From: Cyanobacteria bacterium P01_A01_bin.123
GTDB taxonomy: Bacteria; Cyanobacteriota; Cyanobacteriia; Phormidesmidales; Phormidesmidaceae
DNA length: 64,000 nucleotides
Assembly: GCA_039815185.1 (NCBI GenBank)
Contig: JBCBZT010000018.1
Location: 32,001 to 96,000 of the forward strand
Reading direction: 5' to 3'
A model generated the notes under the pieces. The model worked only from the letters and a program-made list of their open reading frames with translations, did no database searches and was not told where the DNA came from. Both the position numbers and the translations under genes were made by a program. Below are positions 29,867 to 39,752 of the stretch, piece after piece (position 1 is the stretch's first letter; each line of letters begins with the position of its first letter).

Positions 29867-30571
29867 ATGAGTGGCAATCCATTCTCTGAAGAACTAACGG
29901 CTGACAATTGCATTTTCATGATGATAGATCATCAAGTCGGGCTGCTACAATTTTTGCCCTCTATTGATCCGATGATTCTCAAAAATAATATCCTGGGCCA
30001 TGCAAAAACTGCCAAAGCATTCGGCATTCCAACAGTACTTGGCACGAGTTGGCCACAAGGGCCAAATGGACCAACATTGCCTGAATTAGTCGATCTCTTT
30101 GGCAAAGAACAAATCATTGATCGACCCACTGTAAATTTCTGGAATGACCAGACTTCACGCGCAAAGGTCAAATCATATGGGCGTAGAAAGTTGGTGATTT
30201 CAGGTTTGGCAACAGAGGTTTGTGTTGCATTTCCGTCCCTAGCGGCAGTGCAGGAAGATTACGACATTTATGCCGTCATAGACGCTTCATCTGACTTTAA
30301 TCCGCTGATTACGCAGGTAACAATGCAGCGGCTTGCGAGTGCTGGTGTTGTGGTCACAACATGGGTTGCAGTGCTTGCTGAATTAGCTAGTAATACGCAA
30401 ATCAATGGCAAGTTTATTGGCAATCTTTTGAAGGAACACTGTGGTCAATATGCGGCTAGTTGGGATAACTTCATAGGAACCGCAAAAAGTGCAGATACGG
30501 TCACCAAACAGTTGGGTCTGTATGCAGCGAAAGAACCTGTTAATTACGCCACCATGAACACGCCCACCTAA
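29867..30571 (+). CDS. isochorismatase family hydrolase (YcaC-like)
   Basis: MIDHQVGL, GPNGP, GLATEVCVAFP, DAS. Confidence 0.88.
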   Translation: MSGNPFSEELTADNCIFMMIDHQVGLLQFLPSIDPMILKNNILGHAKTAKAFGIPTVLGTSWPQGPNGPTLPELVDLFGKEQIIDRPTVNFWNDQTSRAKVKSYGRRKLVISGLATEVCVAFPSLAAVQEDYDIYAVIDASSDFNPLITQVTMQRLASAGVVVTTWVAVLAELASNTQINGKFIGNLLKEHCGQYAASWDNFIGTAKSADTVTKQLGLYAAKEPVNYATMNTPT

Positions 30572-30656
30572 GGACAATCTTGAAAATTATCTCAATCATG
30601 TAGGACAACATTTCTATAGTCTCAATTATGCTTCAGCACACCTATGGCGTGAATCA

Positions 30657-32156
30657 TTAAGGCAGGGTTGGTGATTGTCTATCCCACTGGTCGAAGTTCT
30701 GTCGTGTGCCATTTCGCCAAATAATAGGCAAAGAATTCTCTTGCTGCTGCAACCTCACGCGTTTGCCATGGCTACCTTGGTATTCCCAAGCGGGGGCGAT
30801 GGAGTTGAGTTGAGATTGAGCCAATACGGCTGATTTAAAGACATCAAAATCCCCATGGGTTTGGGGCTCTCCCACTTCTAAGGCAAAGCCATTCGTAAAA
30901 CGGGTAATGGCAAGCCAGGTTGATTCGCCCGTTACAAAGGTAATGTCGCCAAGGGTTTGGATGGTTACTGTTGTCGGATAGTCAATGGTGGGAATCGTTG
31001 CTCCCTGCCAAAGCAAAAGGTTATCGAATTGGGCGATCGCGTGGTGTCCGCCCCCCTCTACAGTTAATATTTCAGTGCCTGTGCTCCCAAGCCAGCGCAA
31101 ACTAAAGCCGCTCCAGTCTCCCCCTGTGCCTTTGGCTAAACTACCGAGTTGAAAGGTATGCCCAAAGTAGACCGTTTCGTAAAACGCAGGCCCGTACAGA
31201 CCGGGCTTCCAGTTTTCGTAGTGGGGATGAGTGCGGCGAATTTCAACAGGTTTGACAAATCGACGATGGGCGATTGCGATGGCATCAGGTGGTGGGCTAT
31301 AACGGCTGGTCAAGGCATGAATCCAGTCAAGATCGAGATCTGTCGGTAGGGGGCCATCGCCGAAATAGAACCAAAAGAACCGCTGGGCGTCATCGCCATA
31401 GATTCTTTTGGCAGGGCCATTCCACTCTCCCCGCCAATATTTCAAGGCTGCTGCTCGAAACAGGCAGTCTAGGCCATCTTGAGCCAGTTGCCGCACTTCT
31501 GGGTCTTGGGCAAAGTCGTAAAGATTCAGGTAAGCGGCTGTCGTGTGACCGTGGTACACCGGGCTATCCCACTCTCCCATGCCAATATCCAATAGGGTCG
31601 AGACATAGCGTTGCAGACGGGCTTTGTAAATTAACCGGGTTGATTCGTTGCCCGTTTCTTCAGCCATCAGATAGACCGAAGTTTCTCGCATGGCCCTGAG
31701 ATTATCAGTATTGCGACAATCAACAGGCGTCTCGCAGTCGTCTTCCGAACGCTCCCAAAATTTTCGGGGCGGATCCGCCGTCCGATCCAGGGGATCGCTC
31801 AACGTGAACTGATGCATCGCCTGCCACATTCGTTGGCGATAGTCTGGATCGAGGCGATCGCCAAAATAAAAATACTTCCTTATTTGTCCTTTAAGGGTGA
31901 ACCCAGAGTGGAGATCGACCCCCAACGTTTCTACGGCTTGGGGATCAAGCTTTTGTAAAAAAGCGAGGGCAGGCGCGGCTTCTACCTCATTGGTGCTGGC
32001 AATTAAATCTGCCATTGCTAAGGGATAGGAGTGCTTTTCGTATTCGTAGGCAATGCTGCCGTAATCGTCTGGCTGTCTAAGCTGCTCCAACGCCCAAACC
32101 GAGCGGAATTCCACCATAATGCTGAACAAGCTGTCAAACATGCGGGATCCATCCAA
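30657..32156 (-). CDS. hypothetical protein (helical N-terminal half, beta-rich C-terminal half)
   Basis: 499-aa ORF; RNTDNLRAM, GMGEWDSPVY; no family recognised with confidence. Confidence 0.72.
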   Translation of the reverse strand: MDGSRMFDSLFSIMVEFRSVWALEQLRQPDDYGSIAYEYEKHSYPLAMADLIASTNEVEAAPALAFLQKLDPQAVETLGVDLHSGFTLKGQIRKYFYFGDRLDPDYRQRMWQAMHQFTLSDPLDRTADPPRKFWERSEDDCETPVDCRNTDNLRAMRETSVYLMAEETGNESTRLIYKARLQRYVSTLLDIGMGEWDSPVYHGHTTAAYLNLYDFAQDPEVRQLAQDGLDCLFRAAALKYWRGEWNGPAKRIYGDDAQRFFWFYFGDGPLPTDLDLDWIHALTSRYSPPPDAIAIAHRRFVKPVEIRRTHPHYENWKPGLYGPAFYETVYFGHTFQLGSLAKGTGGDWSGFSLRWLGSTGTEILTVEGGGHHAIAQFDNLLLWQGATIPTIDYPTTVTIQTLGDITFVTGESTWLAITRFTNGFALEVGEPQTHGDFDVFKSAVLAQSQLNSIAPAWEYQGSHGKRVRLQQQENSLPIIWRNGTRQNFDQWDRQSPTLP

Positions 32157-32511
32157 GCTTCAGAATGGTTGGGGCTTTAGGATGTTTGAATTTGAATAGA
32201 GCCCCGAAAGCCATATTATCGTTTTCGGCGTTTCCACAACGATTGAGATTACGCTAAATGAGCTACTTGATCACATTCCTGGCCTATCGTGGCATTCAAT
32301 ATCTGCGTTAAGAGCACAGGTTTGAATCTGAACTGCTGAATCCCGTAAACTGAGTCATCCATCCTTAGATCAAACTGATCATAGGGTGGATTGTATTTAA
32401 GGGTTTAGCCTGCTGTAAGCCTGCTTCCTTCGGTAAGGTGGTCAGTGATGGCAGAACCTAATCTTGAAAATTAGCAGCAAAACACCGGGTCTCTGTTGTT
32501 CAATCAGCCTT

Positions 32512-33678
32512 ATGCAAATCTATCTAGACTACAGCGCCACAACCCCGACTCGTCCTGAAGCGATCGCAGCCATGCAAGCCGTTATGGCTGACCAATGGGG
32601 GAATCCGTCGAGTCTGCATCAATGGGGTAACCGATCGGCCACCGCGTTGGAGCAAGCCCGGATGCAGGTGGCTGACTTACTCAATGCAGCCATTGACGCG
32701 GTAGTTTTTACCGCTGGCGGCACTGAGGCTGATAATTTGGCCGTGATGGGGGTAGCACGACAGTACAAACAGCCCCAACATTTGATTATTTCAGCGGTTG
32801 AACATTCTGCGATCGCAGAACCTGTTCATTTGCTTGAGAGCTGGGGTTGGCAGGTGACTCGTCTGGGGGTAGATGCGCTGGGGCGAGTTAGTCCTGCAGA
32901 TCTAAAAGTCGCACTGCAACCGAATACCGTGTTGGTGTCTGTGATTTATGGGCAAAGCGAAGTTGGGACGCTGCAACCGATTGCTGAATTAGGGCAAATT
33001 GCCCGCGATCACGGAGCATTATTTCACACCGATGCGGTGCAGGTAGCCGGACGGTTACCGCTGGACGTGCAGACATTGCCCGTTGATTTGCTCTCCCTCT
33101 CAAGTCATAAAATCTATGGCCCCCAAGGCGCTGGGGCATTGTATGTGCGCCCTGGTACCTCATTAATGCCGCTGTTGGGAGGGGGGGGACAAGAATTTAA
33201 GTTGCGTTCTGGAACCCAGGCTGTACCCAACCTGGCAGGATTCGGGGTAGCCGCAGAATTAGCGGCTGCAGAAATGGCGACTGAAACGCTGCGGTTGATT
33301 CACCTACGCGATCGCTTGTTCGATCAACTTGCGGATGTACCTGGCTTAGAACCCACGGGCGATCGCCGCAATCGTCTGCCCCATCATGCCAGCTTCTGCC
33401 TGACTCAGGCTGATGGTGACAGGGTCAGTGGTAAAACCCTCGTTCGGCAAATGAATTTAGCTGGAATTGCCATTAGTGCCGGATCAGCTTGCCACAGCGG
33501 CAAACTTACCCCTAGCCCGATTTTGAAAGCGATGGGTCGTAGCGATCGCCAGGCTAAATCAGGTATCCGTTTGACCCTAGGGAGAAAGACAACAGTCGCT
33601 GATATCGATTGGACAGCGTTGGTTTTGAAACAAGTTCTATCACGATCCTTGCCAGCAGCCCTGGCTGCTGCCGTATAA
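32512..33678 (+). CDS. cysteine desulfurase (IscS/NifS-like)
   Basis: IYLDYSATTP, GNPSSLH, HTDAVQ, SSHKIYGPQG, SAGSACHS. Confidence 0.93.
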   Translation: MQIYLDYSATTPTRPEAIAAMQAVMADQWGNPSSLHQWGNRSATALEQARMQVADLLNAAIDAVVFTAGGTEADNLAVMGVARQYKQPQHLIISAVEHSAIAEPVHLLESWGWQVTRLGVDALGRVSPADLKVALQPNTVLVSVIYGQSEVGTLQPIAELGQIARDHGALFHTDAVQVAGRLPLDVQTLPVDLLSLSSHKIYGPQGAGALYVRPGTSLMPLLGGGGQEFKLRSGTQAVPNLAGFGVAAELAAAEMATETLRLIHLRDRLFDQLADVPGLEPTGDRRNRLPHHASFCLTQADGDRVSGKTLVRQMNLAGIAISAGSACHSGKLTPSPILKAMGRSDRQAKSGIRLTLGRKTTVADIDWTALVLKQVLSRSLPAALAAAV

Positions 33679-33711
33679 TCTGAATCCCCCTTAAATTATT
33701 TGATTTTTCCT

Positions 33712-34434
33712 ATGACAGCGCTGCCCAACAGTCTGGAAGACGCGATTGTGCAAGCAAAAGGTGCGACTCAAGCGGCCATTGGTCAGGGTTTCAGTCGACT
33801 GACCGTCGAACTGGTGTTTCCAGAACTTAAAATAATGCCGCTGGCCCAACAGTTCTATCCTGTGTTTCAAGAGATGGGGCTGCAATTTAAGGTGTATTTC
33901 CCTGATGCCGGTGCGGCCGCCTTGGCCAAGCGAGACTGGGACAATCCCGATGTTTCTATTCGTGGGTTAGGGGAACTCAAAGGTCAGATTGAGCCTGATG
34001 ATGATGCCTTCTTGATAATTGAGCCTTCAGCGGTGGAAGTTGAAGCGGTGGAAAAACTGGTGGAAGCGTCGATGGGCCGTCCCGTCGTGATCCTGAATCC
34101 CAAACTTGAAGACATCGCCACGATCGGCATTGGTTATGCAGGGCGGCAGTTGCGAGAGAGGTTTCTCAATACATTAGAGGCTTGCTATTATCTCCGTCCG
34201 ATGGAAGGGGCAGCCATTAGGCGATGTTATCCAAGCGCTTGGCAGGTTTGGCGTGAGATTGCTGCAGGTGATTATGAACTTTTAACAGAAACACCGACCC
34301 GTCCCCAGGGAGAAGCCCTCGATCGAATTTTGTATGGTAACCCTGAGGATGAGACCCTTGAGGCCGCGCCGACCAAGCCTAAAAAAGGCTTTTTAGGAGA
34401 ACTGCAGCAGTTCATCCGAGCGCTTACGCAATAG
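33712..34434 (+). CDS. DUF1995 family protein
   Basis: FPDAGAAALAKRDW, YYLRP, LQQFIRAL. Confidence 0.85.
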   Translation: MTALPNSLEDAIVQAKGATQAAIGQGFSRLTVELVFPELKIMPLAQQFYPVFQEMGLQFKVYFPDAGAAALAKRDWDNPDVSIRGLGELKGQIEPDDDAFLIIEPSAVEVEAVEKLVEASMGRPVVILNPKLEDIATIGIGYAGRQLRERFLNTLEACYYLRPMEGAAIRRCYPSAWQVWREIAAGDYELLTETPTRPQGEALDRILYGNPEDETLEAAPTKPKKGFLGELQQFIRALTQ

Positions 34435-34451
34435 GGTCACCTATGATTTAG

Positions 34452-34666
34452 TTTTCCACAGGGTTGTTGAGGTGAATGATCGCCTAACGCCAGCGGTTGA
34501 TCGCTGGGGATTTTCTGTTAACCCAGACACAATCTTATGATCAACTCTAGAAAGGCTTGGTACATCAGCACTTGATCTCCTATTTAGGATCTCTCAAACA
34601 ACTCAATTTAATCTTTTCTTCCCTAATGTGAAGCGATTTATAGCTTGTGGAAAATGCTGTGGAAAA
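34452..34666. promoter_or_regulatory. three DnaA-box-like 9-mers
   Basis: TTTTCCACA at 34452-34460; TGTGGAAAA at 34646-34654 and 34658-34666. Confidence 0.5.
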
Positions 34667-35013
34667 CTATCTTCCCAACTGTTTTTGGCCGCAGTCCTAA
34701 GCCTTGGCTACATCCAGATCCATTGTTCCGCTTAGGCTAAAAGCTCAAGGTTTCAAATCGGATGTCGTTGTGCTTTATATTGGCTGGGACTAGTTTGCCA
34801 GAGGGCTGTTACCCATCTCACCAATGAGAATTTGATCCGGGATAATGCTAACTTATCGTCAATGCTGACTTGGGAGAATTAAACCGTTAGCGATCGTAGA
34901 AATCGGGTATTTTCTCAATAGAGTGTGCTGCTAGAAGATTGAATAATGCCAGTTGTTTACTAAGACAACTTAGCGTTAATTATTGTGCTGTTTATTTAAC
35001 TTTAGAGAATCCA

Positions 35014-35088
35014 ATGGAATTAGCATTTGCTGCAATTGTGTTTGGCACTGTCTTGGTGCTGTTTACCCGTGATGTTTTCAGTAGTTGA
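35014..35088 (+). CDS. candidate 24-aa single-TM microprotein
   Basis: MELAFAAIVFGTVLVLFTRDVFSS*; below the ORF-track cutoff. Confidence 0.35.
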   Translation: MELAFAAIVFGTVLVLFTRDVFSS

Positions 35089-35123
35089 AGCTACCGATGG
35101 ATTACAAAGCCTTACTCTACTAG

Positions 35124-35318
35124 CTAATCTAATGTAACGATTAAGGTCCGATTGTCAACCGTAACGCGATCGCCCTCGAACAATTTGCGACCCCGTCGCG
35201 TTTCGACTGTCTCGTTAACTTGGACAATCCCGTCTTGAATTAGCAGCTTAGCGATGCCCCCGGTGGGGGCAATCTGTTGCAATTTGAGAAACTGATCGAG
35301 CTTGATGTAATCTTTCAC
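35124..35318 (-). CDS. S4-domain RNA-binding protein (YbcJ/YaaA family)
   Basis: YIKLDQFLK...TGGIAKLLI...VETRRGRKL. Confidence 0.9.
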   Translation of the reverse strand: MKDYIKLDQFLKLQQIAPTGGIAKLLIQDGIVQVNETVETRRGRKLFEGDRVTVDNRTLIVTLD

Positions 35319-35493
35319 AGAAAAACTTCAACTCCTAGACCAAATATCGGGGCTAAACTCTTAAGTAACCACATCCGATTCGAAACCTTGAGTTTTTTAG
35401 CTTGGGGAAGGCTATAGATCTAGGTGTGGTCAAGGTTGAAATCGGTTCTTGGTTTTGGTACAGAGGAATTCCCTCTCAACTTGAGCTTATTCT

Positions 35494-35832
35494 ATGGATT
35501 CAGCAGATTCCAATCTTGTGCGAGAGCTCTATCGAAAATCTGCACGTCTGAAGCAGTTTAAAGCTTCCCTAGACGGCTCTCTTCAAGCTATGCTCGATTG
35601 CTGCGAATGGAGCGTCATTGCCAATGAAGGCAAAGACGGCTTGCCGTTATTATCCCTGCGATTGAGACATCGGATCAGCCTTCATGATCCTCAATTAGTA
35701 CAACTGGCTGAACAAGCCGAGCGCTACTATGGCCCGATTGATTTTGCCCTATTTTCTGGAGAAACGCCAGAACCTTTGCGGGTTCTGAGCAAAACGCTGA
35801 TTGATACCCACTGGCGTTGGAAAAATTCCTGA
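35494..35832 (+). CDS. hypothetical protein
   Basis: 112-aa ATG ORF filling the gap between convergent neighbours. Confidence 0.7.
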   Translation: MDSADSNLVRELYRKSARLKQFKASLDGSLQAMLDCCEWSVIANEGKDGLPLLSLRLRHRISLHDPQLVQLAEQAERYYGPIDFALFSGETPEPLRVLSKTLIDTHWRWKNS

Positions 35833-35839
35833 TTAAATT

Positions 35840-36178
35840 CTATTGCTTGGCTTGCCCGTTTGAGGCTTGGCGCGTAGATACCTGACTGTTTGAGGCTTGA
35901 CGGTTGATCACGGCTTGGCGGAAGCCTAGGACTACCAAAATATTGGACAGGGTTAAAAACGCTTCAGCGCCACCGTGGAGAAAATCTACGTTGGCCAATT
36001 CTGCACCGTAGGCCGCCTGGGCATAAATGCCGACGGGAATCGTGACCGCAACAAACACCAGCAGCACATAAAAGCCAATGAGTGCCAGCCGGGGGGTTTG
36101 TCCCGAGCGCGTGATGAACCAGAGAAAGCCCAAATAAGGAAATAGGGATAGGGCAAACAGGGTTTCTTTGCTAAACAT
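35840..36178 (-). CDS. DUF3593 family membrane protein
   Basis: LFALSLFPYLGFLWF...LANVDFLHGGAE. Confidence 0.87.
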   Translation of the reverse strand: MFSKETLFALSLFPYLGFLWFITRSGQTPRLALIGFYVLLVFVAVTIPVGIYAQAAYGAELANVDFLHGGAEAFLTLSNILVVLGFRQAVINRQASNSQVSTRQASNGQAKQ

Positions 36179-36229
36179 GGCTCACATGATATGTTCACTT
36201 TCTGCGTTCTATTCCCTAGGCTCAAATCA

Positions 36230-36538
36230 TTAGGGACTTTCCGTGGTGTTTGCTTGTTTCCAAATCCACCAGGCGGCCAGACAGACGGTGCTGTTACCCA
36301 CGACGGTCATCGCTGCTTGCAACGTGACGAGCCAGCTTAGGGATTGAGCATTGTCAAAGAAATGCCAGGTGCAGGCACACATGGCGCTGATCAAGGCAGG
36401 CAACATGGCAAAAGAAAGCCAGCGCCAAGCAGGGCGATCCCAGACGACTGCATATTGCCAAATAAACGCGATCGCAGCGATCCATTCCGCCACACTGGCG
36501 ACGTGGATAATCCAGGTTGGAATTGAAAGGGCATGCAT
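36230..36538 (-). CDS. DUF2499 (Ycf49-like) protein
   Basis: MHALSIPTWIIHVASVAEW...MCACTWHFFDN. Confidence 0.88.
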   Translation of the reverse strand: MHALSIPTWIIHVASVAEWIAAIAFIWQYAVVWDRPAWRWLSFAMLPALISAMCACTWHFFDNAQSLSWLVTLQAAMTVVGNSTVCLAAWWIWKQANTTESP

Positions 36539-36699
36539 GGTGAGTAAATCACATCCGAGTTGGCGTCTTAATTAGGAAGTCGGAATGCAAGGGCTTGCGA
36601 CCCTACCCGAAAAACTATGGCATCAGATGTGGGCGAAGTTGATTAGAATCTGTCCACCGCTATTGTAAGGATGGTGTTGACGTAACGGCAGGATGTTTC

Positions 36700-37776
36700 A
36701 TGCGGGCAGTTCTCTGTGGATATTACGGCATGGGCAATGGGGGGGATGAGGCCTTGCTGGCTTCCCTATTGCAACTGCTACCCAAAACCGTTGAACCGAT
36801 TGTACTCTCTGGGAACCCAGAGGAGACGGCTCAACGCTATGGGGTAGAAGCTTGTCCGCGCAAGTCGTTTTTAGCAGTTTGGGCTGCCCTACGCCGTTCT
36901 CAGGTATTTATTTGGGGGGGCGGTAGCCTGATGCAAGATGCGACTAGCCCGCTGAATCCGCTTTACTATGGCGGATTGATGAAGTTGGCGCAGCTGATGG
37001 GACTAACCACGGTTGCTTGGGCTCAGGGGATTGGCCCGTTACGGCGACGGTGGACTCAAAGGCTGACTCAGCAAGCTTTACGAGGGTGTGCGGCCGTCAG
37101 CGTGCGCGATCGCGGTTCAGCAGGCCTGCTCAACCAGTGGCAAATTCCCAGTTTGCTGGCCCCAGACCCCGTGTGGATCCTAGATTCTAAACCGGTTGAA
37201 GGGCTATGGGATTTACCAGCTCCCCGGATTGCTGTGGCGCTACGGGGTCATCCATGGTTAACAGCGGCAAAGTTAGACCAAATCGCGATCGCGCTCAATG
37301 ATTTTCAGCAGGCGACCCAAACTTGTCTATTGTTAGTGCCATTTCAACCTGTCAAAGATCTGGCGATCGCCCAAGTCATCCAATCGCGATTAAAAGGGCC
37401 AAACCAAATTTTTTCCTTGCCTAATCCAATTGAACTCAAAGGGCTTTTTCGGGGTGTGGACATGGTCATTGGGATGCGTTTCCATGCTCTGGTGATGGCG
37501 GCGGCTGAAGGGTGCCGCTGTTTTGCCCTCAGTTATGATCCCAAAGTGACTCAATTAATGCGTGATCTGTCCCTACCCGGTTGGGATCTCAATCCCAAGG
37601 TTTCCGCTAGCCAGGGATTCTATGCCCCGATGCCAACGCAGGCGATCGCGATCACCGAAACATGGCTGCGTCATTATGCCAATGGGGAATCGCTTCAGCA
37701 GGCTCAAATTGCTGCTCAAATTGATCGGGCCCATCTCCACCAAGAACTGCTGCAAAAAGTCATGGCGAAGCCATAA
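36700..37776 (+). CDS. csaB: polysaccharide pyruvyl transferase CsaB
   Basis: GYYGMGNGGDEA, GGGSLMQD, AQGIGP, VRD, GMRFHA, SYDPKV. Confidence 0.92.
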   Translation: MRAVLCGYYGMGNGGDEALLASLLQLLPKTVEPIVLSGNPEETAQRYGVEACPRKSFLAVWAALRRSQVFIWGGGSLMQDATSPLNPLYYGGLMKLAQLMGLTTVAWAQGIGPLRRRWTQRLTQQALRGCAAVSVRDRGSAGLLNQWQIPSLLAPDPVWILDSKPVEGLWDLPAPRIAVALRGHPWLTAAKLDQIAIALNDFQQATQTCLLLVPFQPVKDLAIAQVIQSRLKGPNQIFSLPNPIELKGLFRGVDMVIGMRFHALVMAAAEGCRCFALSYDPKVTQLMRDLSLPGWDLNPKVSASQGFYAPMPTQAIAITETWLRHYANGESLQQAQIAAQIDRAHLHQELLQKVMAKP

Positions 37777-38120
37777 CTCTGGTTTAAAGCTCAAGTCTTC
37801 AAATCGGACATGATTTAGAATCTATCCCCTAAAATCATCGTGTTGATTAATTTTAAGCAGGGTTTAATTTCTAATTTCTATGCTAAACCATTAAGTATTC
37901 CAACGATATTGTCGTGAAGCTGGGATTACTGCTTGACTTAAAGTCAAGTTTTTCCAGGATGTATCGTTGAGTTGTTGCCTGAAATTGTCTTGAAATTGAG
38001 CGCTAATTGTCTAGCGATGGTTTCTAAGGTTCGATCTAGCTCCTTTTGGGCAGCGACGCCGACGATCATCGCACTACTGCCAAGTCTGAATGTCACGTTT
38101 AGAGTCAGATCTATAGATCT

Positions 38121-39743
38121 ATGAGCGAAGCGAACTTACCTCCCCATGACCCTGTCCAGCCTCAGCCAGGGATCTACCCTCCCACTTATCAGGGCAGTTT
38201 GCAGCCTCATACCCCAGCCCAGGCAGAGGCCAGCGCTAGTGACGAATGGCAGTCAGTGCCTCTTCCCCAAGCGATTCAAGCCCAAGATTTGGGTTTGGCA
38301 CCCGATCGCAACGGAGCCCACCTATCTAGCAGTGTTTCCCCTAGCCATGCCGCTGAAGTAACTGTCGCTACTGAACGGGAAACCGAGCTCTTAAGCCTAA
38401 TTCACGATCTCAATGCCTGTAATGACCATCTCTTGCAGCGTGTCGCCCAGCTTGAAGATGCCTTAGAAACTTCCCAAACAGCATTACAAGCTGAAATTGT
38501 GCGATCGCAAGATCAACCAACCCCGTCTTTAACGCAAGCTGCGGCACCGCATCCTCAAATTGCGCAACTGATTAGCGATCTTGACTACGCCCAGCAAGAT
38601 CTCAAGCAGCAACGCGTGCTGAATGAAACCCTTAAGGCTCAACTGGCTGCCAGTCACCAACAGATTGCCCAATTAGAGCGCGAATGCGCGTTACTGCGAC
38701 AGCGTGACGGTGAGCAATCTCAAGCCCTCTCCCGGGCTGAAAGCAACTGTCGAGACTTGCGGGTTCGGTTGCAGCGACAACAGCGCTATACCCTGCAGTT
38801 CAAAGTTGCCTTAGAGAAATCTCTAGATGTGGCTGCTCATCGTTCTGAAGCAACGACTTATGGTTACGAAAACGTCGCCGATAACGGCTCGGATAGCGTT
38901 GTTGAAACGGGCAATTCTCCTAGTATTGTGGCGATGCCTAAAATTCAACGCATTCAGCCTTGGAGTGCTGATGCAACGCCGATCCAGTCTGAACCAGCCC
39001 TTGAAACTCTAATTCAAGGGATAGGCGTTAGATCGAAGCAACCCCCAGCCCCCGCTGCTGCCGATCAGAGGCCTGATCCGCAGCCTCAAAATCCCCCATC
39101 TGTTAATTCCCAGCCGCCAGCTGTACCTCGGGTTGAGGCTGATCCAGAGGCAGAGACCCTACTCTGGAAAGATTTGGAACGGGTGATTGATGCCGCTGCC
39201 AGTGGGGTGCCATCTACCAGCCCTGAGTTGAATCGGGCTGAGACTGGTTCAACCCAATCTGAGGGCCTAACCCAATCTGAACCGCAGGAAGGATCGGTCT
39301 CATCTGAATCTGAACCCTTAATGATTGAGACTCCGATGCCAGAACTGACCCAGTCAAATCAACCAGAACCGCCTCAATTTACGGAACCTTCTCCTTGGGG
39401 AGCGCCATTGCCTGCTCCAGCGACCCAACAAAATCCACCAGAGCAAGCTAAGACCGACAGTGGGGGTGATCCGCAACCGATAATATCCCAGCCAGTGATT
39501 CATCAAAGTGAAAATCTTCCAGCCCCGGATGCACTGACCTTGAAGCAGGAAGTGGCCGCCGCTTTGATGGCTAGGGCCCAAAACCTTCAATCTCCTGAAA
39601 ACGCCACGGGTTTACCGCCAGCTTTGACTTACCAGAATGCCCCATCCTCGCCTTCACCCATCGTGCATCCACTGCGACCCCAGAAGAAGATTAAATCGTT
39701 AGCTGCGGTACAGCTGCCCAATTTTCCGCGCCGAAAATCCTGA
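38121..39743 (+). CDS. coiled-coil and Pro-rich cyanobacterial hypothetical protein
   Basis: LRVRLQRQQRYTLQFKVALEKSL and C-terminal PSPIVHPLRP...SLAAVQLPNF. Confidence 0.8.
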   Translation: MSEANLPPHDPVQPQPGIYPPTYQGSLQPHTPAQAEASASDEWQSVPLPQAIQAQDLGLAPDRNGAHLSSSVSPSHAAEVTVATERETELLSLIHDLNACNDHLLQRVAQLEDALETSQTALQAEIVRSQDQPTPSLTQAAAPHPQIAQLISDLDYAQQDLKQQRVLNETLKAQLAASHQQIAQLERECALLRQRDGEQSQALSRAESNCRDLRVRLQRQQRYTLQFKVALEKSLDVAAHRSEATTYGYENVADNGSDSVVETGNSPSIVAMPKIQRIQPWSADATPIQSEPALETLIQGIGVRSKQPPAPAAADQRPDPQPQNPPSVNSQPPAVPRVEADPEAETLLWKDLERVIDAAASGVPSTSPELNRAETGSTQSEGLTQSEPQEGSVSSESEPLMIETPMPELTQSNQPEPPQFTEPSPWGAPLPAPATQQNPPEQAKTDSGGDPQPIISQPVIHQSENLPAPDALTLKQEVAAALMARAQNLQSPENATGLPPALTYQNAPSSPSPIVHPLRPQKKIKSLAAVQLPNFPRRKS

Positions 39744-39752
39744 TGATCAGGT

